A DNA stretch of 64,000 nt from an uncultured Gammaproteobacteria bacterium (GTDB lineage: Bacteria; Pseudomonadota; Gammaproteobacteria; Steroidobacterales; BM003): the NCBI GenBank assembly GCA_963823435.1, contig CAWGLN010000001.1, positions 138,365 through 202,364 on the forward strand, written 5' to 3'. Position 1 is the stretch's first letter, and each line of letters starts with the position of its first letter. The notes beneath the pieces are model-generated. The model searched no databases. It saw only the letters and a program-made list of their open reading frames with translations, and was not told the origin of the DNA. The translations under genes and the position numbers were made by a program. This document shows, piece after piece, positions 52,359 through 62,931 of this stretch.

Positions 52359-53132
52359 TTAGCGATCTTCCTTGCGTTCACGCTCGAGCGCGCGATCGGC
52401 GTAAATCTTTATGTATTTGTAAAAATTGCCGTTGGCATCGGATACCGCTATCACCAGGCCCCGCCACCCGTCAAGAACCCCGAGCCGGATCACGTAAGTG
52501 TGGAAGAACGCCCAAAAGGTCTTGAGAAGTATAATCAGAGCCGGGTAGCTACGCCGCCCCTCGGCCCTTCGCAATTCGCTGTATCGATCAATCTTTACCA
52601 GGAACTGGCTGATTTCGGTAACCGCCGCATGATCAATCGCACCGCACAGGCGCTTGACCCTGGTGCCATTGCCCGGCATCACCTGCTCATGCACCTGCAC
52701 CTCGTTGAATCGATGCATACCCCGATGGTAAAGCCTGACCAGCCAGTCATTTCCCCATCCACCGTAACGTACCCGCCGACCTTTGAAGAAGTTGTGCCTG
52801 TCCAGCTCATACACCGTGTTCTGATCTGACAGGTCGGCACTGGCAAGGCTGTGTAACAGCGTGGGTGTCAGGACCTCATCCGAATCCAGCGAGAGCACCC
52901 ACGGCGTTTCGGCGAGCCCGGCCGCATGATTCTTGGTTGGCCCGAAACCGATGAAGCCACCGCGCACCAGGTGGACGTTTTTATATCCCTGGCAGATTTC
53001 TACGGTTTGATCGCTTGAACCATTTTCATACACCACAACCCTGGGAAAGTCCTCAAGACTGTCCAGCGTATGCGCGATCGTGGCCTCAGCATTGTGGGCA
53101 ATAATGACCGGTGTGATATCGCTTAGCGCCAT
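52359..53132 (-). CDS. Glycosyltransferase family 2 (KdtX/WaaE-like LPS-core glycosyltransferase)
   Basis: 257-aa ORF. It has VIIAHNAEATI and a DxD-type motif (LSLDSDE). It lies in the LPS-core cluster. Confidence 0.75.
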   Translation of the reverse strand: MALSDITPVIIAHNAEATIAHTLDSLEDFPRVVVYENGSSDQTVEICQGYKNVHLVRGGFIGFGPTKNHAAGLAETPWVLSLDSDEVLTPTLLHSLASADLSDQNTVYELDRHNFFKGRRVRYGGWGNDWLVRLYHRGMHRFNEVQVHEQVMPGNGTRVKRLCGAIDHAAVTEISQFLVKIDRYSELRRAEGRRSYPALIILLKTFWAFFHTYVIRLGVLDGWRGLVIAVSDANGNFYKYIKIYADRALERERKEDR

Positions 53133-53162
53133 AATTTATGGGTTATCTGGCAAGAATGAAGA

Positions 53163-53381
53163 TCAAACCGCCCCTCGTCTGCGCAGGGTAAATGAAGCGC
53201 CACAATAGGGGCACATGGCCTCGCCTGTTTGTTCCACTGGAAGAAAAACTCTGGGATGGGAATTCCACAGGCTCATGTCGGGCATGGGGCAACTGAGGGG
53301 CAGGTCGGCCTCGTAAACCTCATAGTGATTGCGCGTATTCGGCTGCCGCAGGGTGCTGTCGGTTTCACCTGGGTGGGCCAT
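53163..53381 (-). CDS. Zinc-finger (zf-CHCC type) domain protein
   Basis: 72-aa ORF. Its C-terminus, HPRVFLPV...AMCPYCGASFTL, is typical of the small zf-CHCC proteins. Confidence 0.6.
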   Translation of the reverse strand: MAHPGETDSTLRQPNTRNHYEVYEADLPLSCPMPDMSLWNSHPRVFLPVEQTGEAMCPYCGASFTLRRRGAV

Positions 53382-53460
53382 GCTATACCTCTAGGTTTTG
53401 AATTCAATTGCATGCTTGCGCTTGTGCCGCGCCATTATAAGACAGAGATGGCGCACCCGC

Positions 53461-56346
53461 CTATGCAACCGTCATAAACTGCCGCCAGCAACGCTGGACC
53501 AGCTCGCGCTCGGTCTCAAACAACCCCGCATCTACCAGGCCTTTCCGTCCCGCCAGGCTGGCCTCGTGCAGAGCACCCCGGAACGCAAGATAAGCCTGCC
53601 TCAGGCCAAGGGCATCTGCCTCACCAATCACTCCCGCGATGACCAGGCCTTCCAGCTGCCGAATATTGTCCGAGTAAGTGAGCAGGTCCGGAAAGCGCCA
53701 GGCATTGGCCAGCACCAGGTACTGGACCAGGAACTCGATATCGGCGATACATCCTGGATCCTGCTTTAAATCCAGGATCTCGTCCGAACCGGCGGAAAGC
53801 TCATTCCGCATACGGGCACGCATGTCTGCAACTTCCTGACGGAGATTTTCGCGCCGCACGTGCTCGGTCAGCACCCGTCTTCTGACCTGCTCGAAGTCCG
53901 CACGCACCTTGTCCATCCCCGCCACAGCCCGGGATCGCAGCAGCGCCTGGTGCTCCCAGGTCCAGGCCTCCTGCACCTGGTAGCGTTCGAATGCCGTGAG
54001 GCTGCCAACCAACAGGCCGGCATTACCACTGGGTCGCAAACGCATGTCCACCTCGTACAGGACTCCCGAGGTAGTGGTAAGGCTGATCAGGTTTACCAGG
54101 CGTGTCGCCAGGCGCGAGAAAAACACGTCATTGGAGATGCTGCGTTTGCCATCGGTGATCTGTGCTTCCGCCCGGGAATCGTGCAGGAATACCAGGTCCA
54201 GATCCGATCCATAACCCAATTCCAGACCACCGAGCTTGCCGTAACCCACTACCGCGAATCCTGCTTCCTTACGGCCACCGTCTTCGGTGAATCCCGGCTG
54301 ACCATAGCGCTCACACATCTGTTTCCATGCCAGGGACAGGGCGCGCTCCAATATCAGTTCGGCCAACTCGGTCAGGCGGTCGCTTATCTTCATCAGCGGC
54401 AGAACTCCACCCAGGTCCGCCAACGCGATGCGAAACACGGCGGCCCGCTGAAATTGTCGCAGGGCCTCGGCCTGGGCCTCCTCGTCGTCGCTCTCCTGGC
54501 CTGCAAAACGCTGCGCCAGATCCAGCTCCATCTGCATCCGATCGAGGGGTGTCTCAAAAATCCTGGGATCCAGCAATTCGTCCAGCAACAAGGGGTGTTC
54601 CGCCACTTGACGGGCCAGCATGTCACTTCGGCTACAGACTCGCGCCAGTCGCTCCAATGCTCCCGGATTCTCATTCAGCAAGGCAAAATAGGCTGATCGA
54701 CGACCTACCGACTGCAACACATCGGCCATCCTGCCAAGCGCCTCCGCCGGGTTCTCCAGCACGCTCACCGCTCGCAGCACCCGGGGCACGAGCGTGTCCA
54801 GGCGTTGACGGCCGGTTTCATCCAGTCGTTTGTACAGGTTTCCCCCGCGCAACCCGGCCAGGATATGCAAAATGTCATCAGTGGTCTGCAGACCCATGGA
54901 ACTGAGTAACTCGGTTGCCGCCCGTCCCCCAAGGCTTCCGTCCCACAAACCTTCCAGGGGCTCGGAAGCCGGGGCATCGACACGTGCTTCACCACCCAGC
55001 ACAACGGTTTCGAAACAGGCTTGCACAAATGCACGGTGGGCCTGGATTCGCCCCGCCAGGTCGTCCCAGTCCCTGAAACCCAGGCCAAAGGCGAGTCTGG
55101 CGCGTTCTGTGTCATCCACCGGTAGATCGTGGGTCTGCTCATCGGCCCTGGCTTGCAGCAGGTTTTCCAACCTGCGCAAAAACCGGTAGGAATCCATCAA
55201 ACCTTCACCCAGCGATGGCTTGAGCATGCCCAGATCCACCAGGCGGGTCAGCACCTTGATCAGTGATCTTTCCTGCAGCGCCGGCACGCTGCCCCCCCTG
55301 AGCAACTGGAACGCCTGGGCGATAAATTCGATTTCCCGAATACCACCCGACCCCAGCTTCACGTTGCTCTGCAACTCCCTGCGTTCCACCTCGCGTTCAA
55401 TCATGCTCTTCATGCTGCGTAGTGATTCGAACACCCCATAGTCCAGGTATTTGCGAAAAACGAAGGGCCGCAAGACATGTTTGCGCAGCATCTCGCCTTC
55501 GTCCTGACCGGTAAGTGCGCGAGCCTTCACATAGGCATAACGCTCCCAGTCGCGCCCGTGTTGTTGCAGATAGCTTTCAAACGCGGCCTCCGTGCACACC
55601 AGGGGACCGCTGTCACCGAAAGGTCGCAAACGCATATCCACGCGAAACACAAACCCGTCAGCGGTCTTCTGATCCAGCAATCGAATCAATGCCTGACCGA
55701 GGCGGGTGAAATAAACCTCGTTGCTCAGACTCCGATTGCCGTCGGTCTCGCCAGCTTCCGGGTACAGAAAGACGAGGTCGATATCCGAGGAAAAATTCAG
55801 CTCGCCGCCGCCCAACTTGCCCATACCCAATACGATCATCTGCTGCAGGTCACCCTCGACATCGCGTGGGCAGCCATGGCGTGCCTGCAGGCTTTGGCGG
55901 GCAAAATTGATGGCGCCCTTGATCAGGATGTCCGCCGCGTCCGTGAGTTCCGCGAGGCTTTCCATTACATCCGCACTGGCGCTAATCTCCCGCCACGCGA
56001 GGCGCATCCATTCCCGGCGACGAAGCCGTCGCAGCACGCTCATTGCGCCGGCCTCATCCGGTGTCTGACCCAGAAGTTCCTCCAGTTCCTGCGCCAGCAC
56101 CTCCCGTTGCATGGGACGGTCAAGACCTCGCGACTCGATCAACTGGCTCAACAGTTCAGGATAGTGGCGGCAGGAATCCACGAAGAACGGACTGCAGCAA
56201 AGCACCTTGTCCAACTGAGGCCCCAACACCGGGTCGGCCTGCAGCTTCGCCAGTTGCGGGGAAAGCACCGGATCCAGGGTCTCCCTGGCGCGTTGCAGCT
56301 CAGGCCCAAGCAAGGGAAATGAAGCGTTTGTCAGCGGCTCACTCAT
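53461..56346 (-). CDS. glnE: Bifunctional glutamine synthetase adenylyltransferase / adenylyl-removing enzyme
   Basis: 961-aa intact ORF with two tandem nucleotidyltransferase domains (GMGKLGGGELNFSSDIDLVF and GYGKLGGLELGYGSDLDLVF). Confidence 0.93.
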   Translation of the reverse strand: MSEPLTNASFPLLGPELQRARETLDPVLSPQLAKLQADPVLGPQLDKVLCCSPFFVDSCRHYPELLSQLIESRGLDRPMQREVLAQELEELLGQTPDEAGAMSVLRRLRRREWMRLAWREISASADVMESLAELTDAADILIKGAINFARQSLQARHGCPRDVEGDLQQMIVLGMGKLGGGELNFSSDIDLVFLYPEAGETDGNRSLSNEVYFTRLGQALIRLLDQKTADGFVFRVDMRLRPFGDSGPLVCTEAAFESYLQQHGRDWERYAYVKARALTGQDEGEMLRKHVLRPFVFRKYLDYGVFESLRSMKSMIEREVERRELQSNVKLGSGGIREIEFIAQAFQLLRGGSVPALQERSLIKVLTRLVDLGMLKPSLGEGLMDSYRFLRRLENLLQARADEQTHDLPVDDTERARLAFGLGFRDWDDLAGRIQAHRAFVQACFETVVLGGEARVDAPASEPLEGLWDGSLGGRAATELLSSMGLQTTDDILHILAGLRGGNLYKRLDETGRQRLDTLVPRVLRAVSVLENPAEALGRMADVLQSVGRRSAYFALLNENPGALERLARVCSRSDMLARQVAEHPLLLDELLDPRIFETPLDRMQMELDLAQRFAGQESDDEEAQAEALRQFQRAAVFRIALADLGGVLPLMKISDRLTELAELILERALSLAWKQMCERYGQPGFTEDGGRKEAGFAVVGYGKLGGLELGYGSDLDLVFLHDSRAEAQITDGKRSISNDVFFSRLATRLVNLISLTTTSGVLYEVDMRLRPSGNAGLLVGSLTAFERYQVQEAWTWEHQALLRSRAVAGMDKVRADFEQVRRRVLTEHVRRENLRQEVADMRARMRNELSAGSDEILDLKQDPGCIADIEFLVQYLVLANAWRFPDLLTYSDNIRQLEGLVIAGVIGEADALGLRQAYLAFRGALHEASLAGRKGLVDAGLFETERELVQRCWRQFMTVA

Positions 56347-56419
56347 GGATGGAGACAGAATCCGGGACAGGTTTGAAGTAGGCCCAGTTTACCGGACCCG
56401 GAAACAGAATTGTTGGGGC

Positions 56420-56447
56420 AAAAAAAAGCCCCGCCGATTGGCGGGGC
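56420..56447 (-). terminator. Rho-independent terminator after groEL
   Basis: On the minus strand: gccccgcc-aatc-ggcggggc followed by a run of 8 T. Confidence 0.8.
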
Positions 56448-56484
56448 TCCTGGCTTGCGCGATTGATGCGTCAGCCGGGAAGCA

Positions 56485-58158
<1,674 letters not shown>

Positions 58159-58199
58159 CTATATTCGTAGTTCTGTCGATATGGATATGAGCAGGCCTG

Positions 58200-58490
58200 T
58201 TAGCCTTCGATCACGGCCATGATGTCTTCTTCGCGCATGACCAGCAGTTCGTCGCCGTCCACCTTCACTTCGGTGCCGCTGTACTTGCCGAAAAGCACGG
58301 AATCGCCAATCTTGACGTCCAGGGGGCGAACATCGCCGTTTTCCAGGATTTTGCCTTTGCCAACGGCAACCACTTTGCCCTTGATGGGCTTCTCGGTGGC
58401 AGAATCAGGAATCACGATACCGCCGGGTGAGGTACGCTCTTCTTCCTGGCGTTTGACAATCACGCGATCGTGCAGGGGTCGAATCTTCAT
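58200..58490 (-). CDS. groES: Co-chaperonin GroES (10 kDa)
   Basis: 96-aa ORF beginning [14 protein letters not shown]. Confidence 0.98.
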   Translation of the reverse strand: MKIRPLHDRVIVKRQEEERTSPGGIVIPDSATEKPIKGKVVAVGKGKILENGDVRPLDVKIGDSVLFGKYSGTEVKVDGDELLVMREEDIMAVIEG

Positions 58491-58555
58491 GGGTCAGTCT
58501 CCTTCAAAACTGGGGATTACCAGCCGACTTGTAAGTAATTCTGTGGGGTGGAGTG

Positions 58556-58582
58556 TTAGCACTCCCCTCGAGTGAGTGCTAA
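58556..58582. promoter_or_regulatory. CIRCE operator (HrcA-binding inverted repeat) in the groES leader
   Basis: TTAGCACTC-N9-GAGTGCTAA is matched exactly in both 9-nt arms, 66 nt upstream of the groES ATG. Confidence 0.85.
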
Positions 58583-58610
58583 TAATAGCGGCGGATTTTG
58601 ATTTTTCAAG
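58582..58610 (-). promoter_or_regulatory. Candidate sigma-32-type heat-shock promoter of groESL
   Basis: On the minus strand: CTTGAAA (exact -35), a 14-nt spacer, then GCTATTAT, which is only a partial match to CCCCATNT. It lies immediately upstream of and touches CIRCE. Confidence 0.35.
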
Positions 58611-58705
58611 CCCATAAAAACTATTTATTTTCAATGACATCGAAAAACAGCCCCGGTATCCTGTCGGCCTGAACCCGCCAGGGTGTCATCCAGGAACTCC
58701 AGATC

Positions 58706-59050
58706 ATGCCAACCGTCCTGCTGGTTTACTGCACCTGCCCCGAGGACACGACCGCCGCGCAAATGGCCAGCGCCCTGGTGGAGGAGCGACTCGCCGCCTG
58801 CGCCAACCGGATTCCGGCCATGTCCTCCACCTATCGCTGGAAGGGCGGGGTTCAGACTGATTCCGAGGTACAGCTCATTCTGAAAACCACTGACCGGGTC
58901 TATCCGGCGCTGGAAAAACGGATTCTGGAACTTCACCCCTATGAACTTCCGGAGGTGCTGGCAGTCCCAATTCATGCCGGACTGCCCGGATATGTGGATT
59001 GGATCATTGACAGTGTGAGCCTGCCCGGGGACGATTCGCCTTCCAGCTGA
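58706..59050 (+). CDS. cutA: Divalent-cation tolerance protein CutA
   Basis: 114-aa ORF with LAACANRIP...STYRWKGGV and HPYELPE. It lies upstream of dsbD, the classic pairing. Confidence 0.88.
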   Translation: MPTVLLVYCTCPEDTTAAQMASALVEERLAACANRIPAMSSTYRWKGGVQTDSEVQLILKTTDRVYPALEKRILELHPYELPEVLAVPIHAGLPGYVDWIIDSVSLPGDDSPSS

Positions 59051-59081
59051 ACCCAGCTCGCCAGCGGAAACGAATGAAGCT

Positions 59082-61322
59082 ATGAAAATCAGATACTTGA
59101 CAGTTTTCTTGCTACTGCCCTTGTTGTGGGCGGCGAGCGCTGAACCGCTTCGGCCGGAACTGGCCTACCCTTACAAGGTGGAGGCCGATGCGCAGGAGAT
59201 CCGGGTGCAGCTGGATATCCAGGACGGCTACTACCTGTATCGGAAGCGCTTCCGGTTCCAGGCGGTTACACCCGGACTGGCGCTTGGGGAGCCTGTCTAT
59301 CCTGTCGGCGAGATGCACACCGACGAATTTTTCGGCGAGCAGGAAATCTACCGTGGCAAACAGGTAATACGCATCCCGTACACAGCACCGGCCGAGCTGC
59401 GCAGCGTGGCGCTTGGCATGCGCCTGCAAGGCTGTGCTGACATGGGTTTGTGCTACCCGCCCCAGGACTGGACTTCCACCATCGCCCTGCCAGGTTCGCC
59501 GACTCCCGGTGGGTCCCAGGTCAAAGCCACCTCAACCGCCCAGTCAAGCGGCAGCGGCAAAAGTATTTCTGACTGGCTTGCAACGCCGGCAGGCAACGGT
59601 GAGCCCTTCCTGCCTACGGACCAGGCTTTCCGCTCAAGCGTGGAAGCAATTGACCAACAGACCCTGGCGGTCCGCTGGACCATCGCGCCAGGTTATTACC
59701 TGTACAAGGACAAGCTGAGCGTCAAACCGGCAAGCGGCGAGATACAGCTGGGATTCCCCGAGATGCCTGTCGGAGAAACCAGGACCGACGAGTACTTTGG
59801 TGAAACCGAAGTGTATTTCGAACAGGTGGAGATTCTGCTGCCGTTTGTGCGCAGCAACCCGGACCCGTTGTTTATCGAATTGGAACTGGGATTCCAGGGC
59901 TGCGCGGTGGACGGGATTTGCTACCCGCCGTCATCGCGCCGCCAGGTCCTGGAAATTCCTGCTGCCGCCCGATTACCGACCCCGGGCGTCGTTCTTGACC
60001 AACCCATGGTTTCGGAACAGGACCGCCTGGCAGGACTGATACGCGATGGAAACCTGGCCCTGGTCCTGGCCACGTTTTTTGGGCTGGGCCTGTTGCTGGC
60101 GTTTACCCCCTGTGTACTGCCCATGGTGCCCATCCTGTCCGGGATCATCGTGGGTCAGGGTGAAAAAGTTACCACCCGCAGGGCCCTGTCCCTGTCCATT
60201 GCCTACGTGTCGGGCATGGCGCTGACCTATACGCTTGCCGGGGTTGCTTTTGCCGCCGTGGGCCAGCAAGCCCAAACCGTATTTCAACAGCCGTGGATCA
60301 TCGTGTTGTTCAGCGGTCTGTTTGTGGCCCTGGCTCTGTCGATGTTCGGGCTGTATGAACTGCAGATACCGTCATCCCTGCAAACCAGGCTGTCGACCGC
60401 CAGCAACCAAGGAAAGACCGGCTCTTATCTGGGCACCGTCATCATGGGCGCCTTGTCTGCCCTGATCGTTTCGGCCTGCGTGGCGCCGCCCCTGGTTGCA
60501 GCGCTGGCGGTAATCGGCCAGGTGGGTGATGTATTCCGGGGCGGGGCTGCGCTATTTGCCCTGAGTCTGGGTATGGGTGCGCCATTGATTGTGTTTGGCG
60601 CTTCCGCGGGCAAGCTGCTGCCCAAGGCCGGCGCCTGGATGGAGGCGGTGAAGTCGTTCTTCGGCTTCCTGTTGCTGGCTGTGGCCTTGTGGATGCTCGA
60701 CAGGGTATTGCCGGCCTGGACAGTAATCCTGCTCTGGTCAGCCTTGTCACTTACCTGTGGCGCCTTCCTGCTGAGTCAGGCCAGGGGGTCCGAGGGACGC
60801 GTGGTCCTGCGCGCTTTTGCCGCCGGGCTGGCGTTGATCTTGCTGACCTGGGGTGTACTGATGCTGGTCGGCCTGGCCGGTGGCAACACTGACCCCCTGC
60901 AGCCACTGAAGGGTCTGCGCCAGGGGTCGGGCCAGGCGGGGCAACAACAGGAAGTGCATTTCCAGCGCATCAAGACCGTGCAGGACCTGGAGCGCGAGAT
61001 AGCCGGGGCTGCAGCCATGGGCAGACCCGTGATGCTGGACTTCTACGCGGATTGGTGTGTGTCCTGCAAGGAGATGGAAAAATATACTTTTCCCGATCCC
61101 GCAGTGAGAATGCACCTGGACACCATGCTGTTACTGCAAGCCGACGTGACTGCCAATGATGAGGCTGACCAGGAATTGCTCCGACATTTCGGGATTTTTG
61201 GTCCGCCGACCATCGCCTTTTTTGGAGCCGATGGACTGGAACGCAAAAATTACCGGGTCGTGGGCTATGTGCCTGCGGCGGAATTTTCTAAACATCTCGA
61301 AGCTGCCCTGAAGGGTCGCTAG
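59082..61322 (+). CDS. dsbD: Thiol:disulfide interchange protein DsbD with a tandemly duplicated N-terminal (alpha) domain
   Basis: 746-aa ORF with a signal peptide. It has two nDsbD-like domains, each ending in QGCAxxGxCYPP (QGCADMGLCYPP, QGCAVDGICYPP). These are followed by a TM core containing the CVLPM motif and a C-terminal thioredoxin domain (WCVSC). Confidence 0.9.
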   Translation: MKIRYLTVFLLLPLLWAASAEPLRPELAYPYKVEADAQEIRVQLDIQDGYYLYRKRFRFQAVTPGLALGEPVYPVGEMHTDEFFGEQEIYRGKQVIRIPYTAPAELRSVALGMRLQGCADMGLCYPPQDWTSTIALPGSPTPGGSQVKATSTAQSSGSGKSISDWLATPAGNGEPFLPTDQAFRSSVEAIDQQTLAVRWTIAPGYYLYKDKLSVKPASGEIQLGFPEMPVGETRTDEYFGETEVYFEQVEILLPFVRSNPDPLFIELELGFQGCAVDGICYPPSSRRQVLEIPAAARLPTPGVVLDQPMVSEQDRLAGLIRDGNLALVLATFFGLGLLLAFTPCVLPMVPILSGIIVGQGEKVTTRRALSLSIAYVSGMALTYTLAGVAFAAVGQQAQTVFQQPWIIVLFSGLFVALALSMFGLYELQIPSSLQTRLSTASNQGKTGSYLGTVIMGALSALIVSACVAPPLVAALAVIGQVGDVFRGGAALFALSLGMGAPLIVFGASAGKLLPKAGAWMEAVKSFFGFLLLAVALWMLDRVLPAWTVILLWSALSLTCGAFLLSQARGSEGRVVLRAFAAGLALILLTWGVLMLVGLAGGNTDPLQPLKGLRQGSGQAGQQQEVHFQRIKTVQDLEREIAGAAAMGRPVMLDFYADWCVSCKEMEKYTFPDPAVRMHLDTMLLLQADVTANDEADQELLRHFGIFGPPTIAFFGADGLERKNYRVVGYVPAAEFSKHLEAALKGR

Positions 61323-61334
61323 CGACAATCTGCT

Positions 61335-61986
61335 ATGAATAAAACTGTACTCACCATTCTGGCCTGTGCCGGCCTGATCGCCGGGATTTTTACCTATTTT
61401 TACAAGACGGTTGAACTGACCGGTCCGGACACGGACCAGATCATGCTTCCGGCCGTCGAATACCACCGCCAACCCAATGCGCAGGGCCGAGGTCAGGCCG
61501 GATTTCAGCCTGGCTGATACCGCCGGCGTTATACGCTCAATCGACGAGTGGGACGGCAAAGCCCTGGTCGTGAATTTTTGGGCCACCTGGTGCGCGCCCT
61601 GCCGCAGGGAAATGCCCCTGCTGATGGAACTGGAAACCCGGCACGCCAGGGACGATATCCAAATCCTTGGCGTGGCGGTGGACTTTCGCCCGGACGTCTT
61701 GAGTTACCTGACTGAGTCACCCGTCAACTATCCCGTATTAATCGGTGAACAGGATGCCATAGACGCTGCAGAGGGATTCGGTGTTGAGTTCGTGGGCATG
61801 CCCTTCACCGCCTTTACCGATCACCGCGGCAACGTATTGCACGTGCAGATCGGGGAAATACACCGGCCCCAGGCAGAGCTGATATTCAAGGCAGTCAACA
61901 ATCTGCGTGCAGGCGATATCGACCTGGCCATGGCCCGCAGAGTAATCGCCCACGGCCTGGCGGGTATCCCTGACCAGGGGAAATAG
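61335..61986 (+). pseudogene. TlpA/ResA-like periplasmic thiol:disulfide oxidoreductase, one apparent +1 indel around 61450-61480
   Basis: The signal anchor (MNKTVLTILACAGLIAGIFTYF) is in ORF 61335..61517. The thioredoxin fold (ALVVNFWATWCAPCRREMP) is in the +1 frame, ORF 61477..61986. On its own, the second ORF would lack any export signal. Confidence 0.72.
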
Positions 61987-62088
61987 GCTGCTACCCGTTG
62001 CATACCGGGGCGTGCGAACGCGAGCCTTACACCACCCCGCCGGGTACTTCCCGTAAATGATCCGGGTCATGAACAGGAATCAGGCTAA

Positions 62089-62307
62089 CTAGGTTTTCGG
62101 GCTCTCCGACTCCTCGCCATCATGGCGTTTGCGCCATGCACCCAGTAGGACGGTGAGCAAACCCAACAGGATTTCATCTGCGAAAGGCACCAGGTCCGGG
62201 AGCCCCACGTCAACCAGAAATACCACCAGGGTCAACGCAAAAAGGTAAGGGAAACGCAGGCGACCGGCATAAGCCAGCAATTTGCCTAACAGGGGTACTC
62301 GCAACAT
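62089..62307 (-). CDS. Hypothetical small membrane protein
   Basis: 72-aa ORF with two TM helices and a charged C-terminal tail. Confidence 0.45.
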   Translation of the reverse strand: MLRVPLLGKLLAYAGRLRFPYLFALTLVVFLVDVGLPDLVPFADEILLGLLTVLLGAWRKRHDGEESESPKT

Positions 62308-62323
62308 ATCTTCCTGCCTCGTC

Positions 62324-62746
62324 TTAGTCTGCCAGGCCAGCCCTTACTTTTTGCGCCTGTTGCTGCAGCAATTCCAGATCGGCCATACCTCTGCCATGAC
62401 TCTTTAGCGGGGTACCGCTATAGCGGGGAATGATGTGAAAGTGGATATGGAATACCGATTGCCCGGCGGCCGGTCCGTTTAACTGGGAAATCATTACCCC
62501 ATCGGGGTTAAACGCGATCTGCACCGCCCTGGCCACTTTTCGGGTGGTGGTAATCAGACGCGCCAGGTCTTCATCGGGTATATCAAAAATATTCTCCGCC
62601 TCGACCTTGGGTATCACCAGGGTATGACCATCGGCCTGTGGCATGGCGTCCATAAAGGCCAGTGCGTACTCATCCTCATACACCGTTGCCGCTGGAATTT
62701 CACCGCGCAGAATGCGCGCGAAGATATTATCACTGTCATAACTCAC
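62324..62746 (-). CDS. HIT-family (histidine triad) nucleotide hydrolase/transferase
   Basis: ORF 62324..62791. The GTG at 62746 has a GGAGA Shine-Dalgarno 7 nt upstream. The histidine triad HIHFHIIPR is present. Confidence 0.85.
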   Translation of the reverse strand: MSYDSDNIFARILRGEIPAATVYEDEYALAFMDAMPQADGHTLVIPKVEAENIFDIPDEDLARLITTTRKVARAVQIAFNPDGVMISQLNGPAAGQSVFHIHFHIIPRYSGTPLKSHGRGMADLELLQQQAQKVRAGLAD

Positions 62747-62931
62747 GGAACTTTCTCCAGTTTGACCATGCAACTGCTGGACCCAATTCAACGGCTACTA
62801 TATCCCAAGCATGGTGCTCCAGGCTCCCCCCGCCTGCACCTGACCGGGTCAGAATGAGGCATATTCCTGATTGACGATCTTACCCGGAGTTGTTTACCGT
62901 CCAGCATCTGATTCCAAAGGAAACCCTTCCC

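Noticed and set aside
56347-56400. A partial A-end-like sequence (ggagacagaatccgggac...gaagtaggc) between glnE and groEL
   Set aside because: The similarity to the repeat family is short and gapped, and there is no second terminus. It is probably coincidental.
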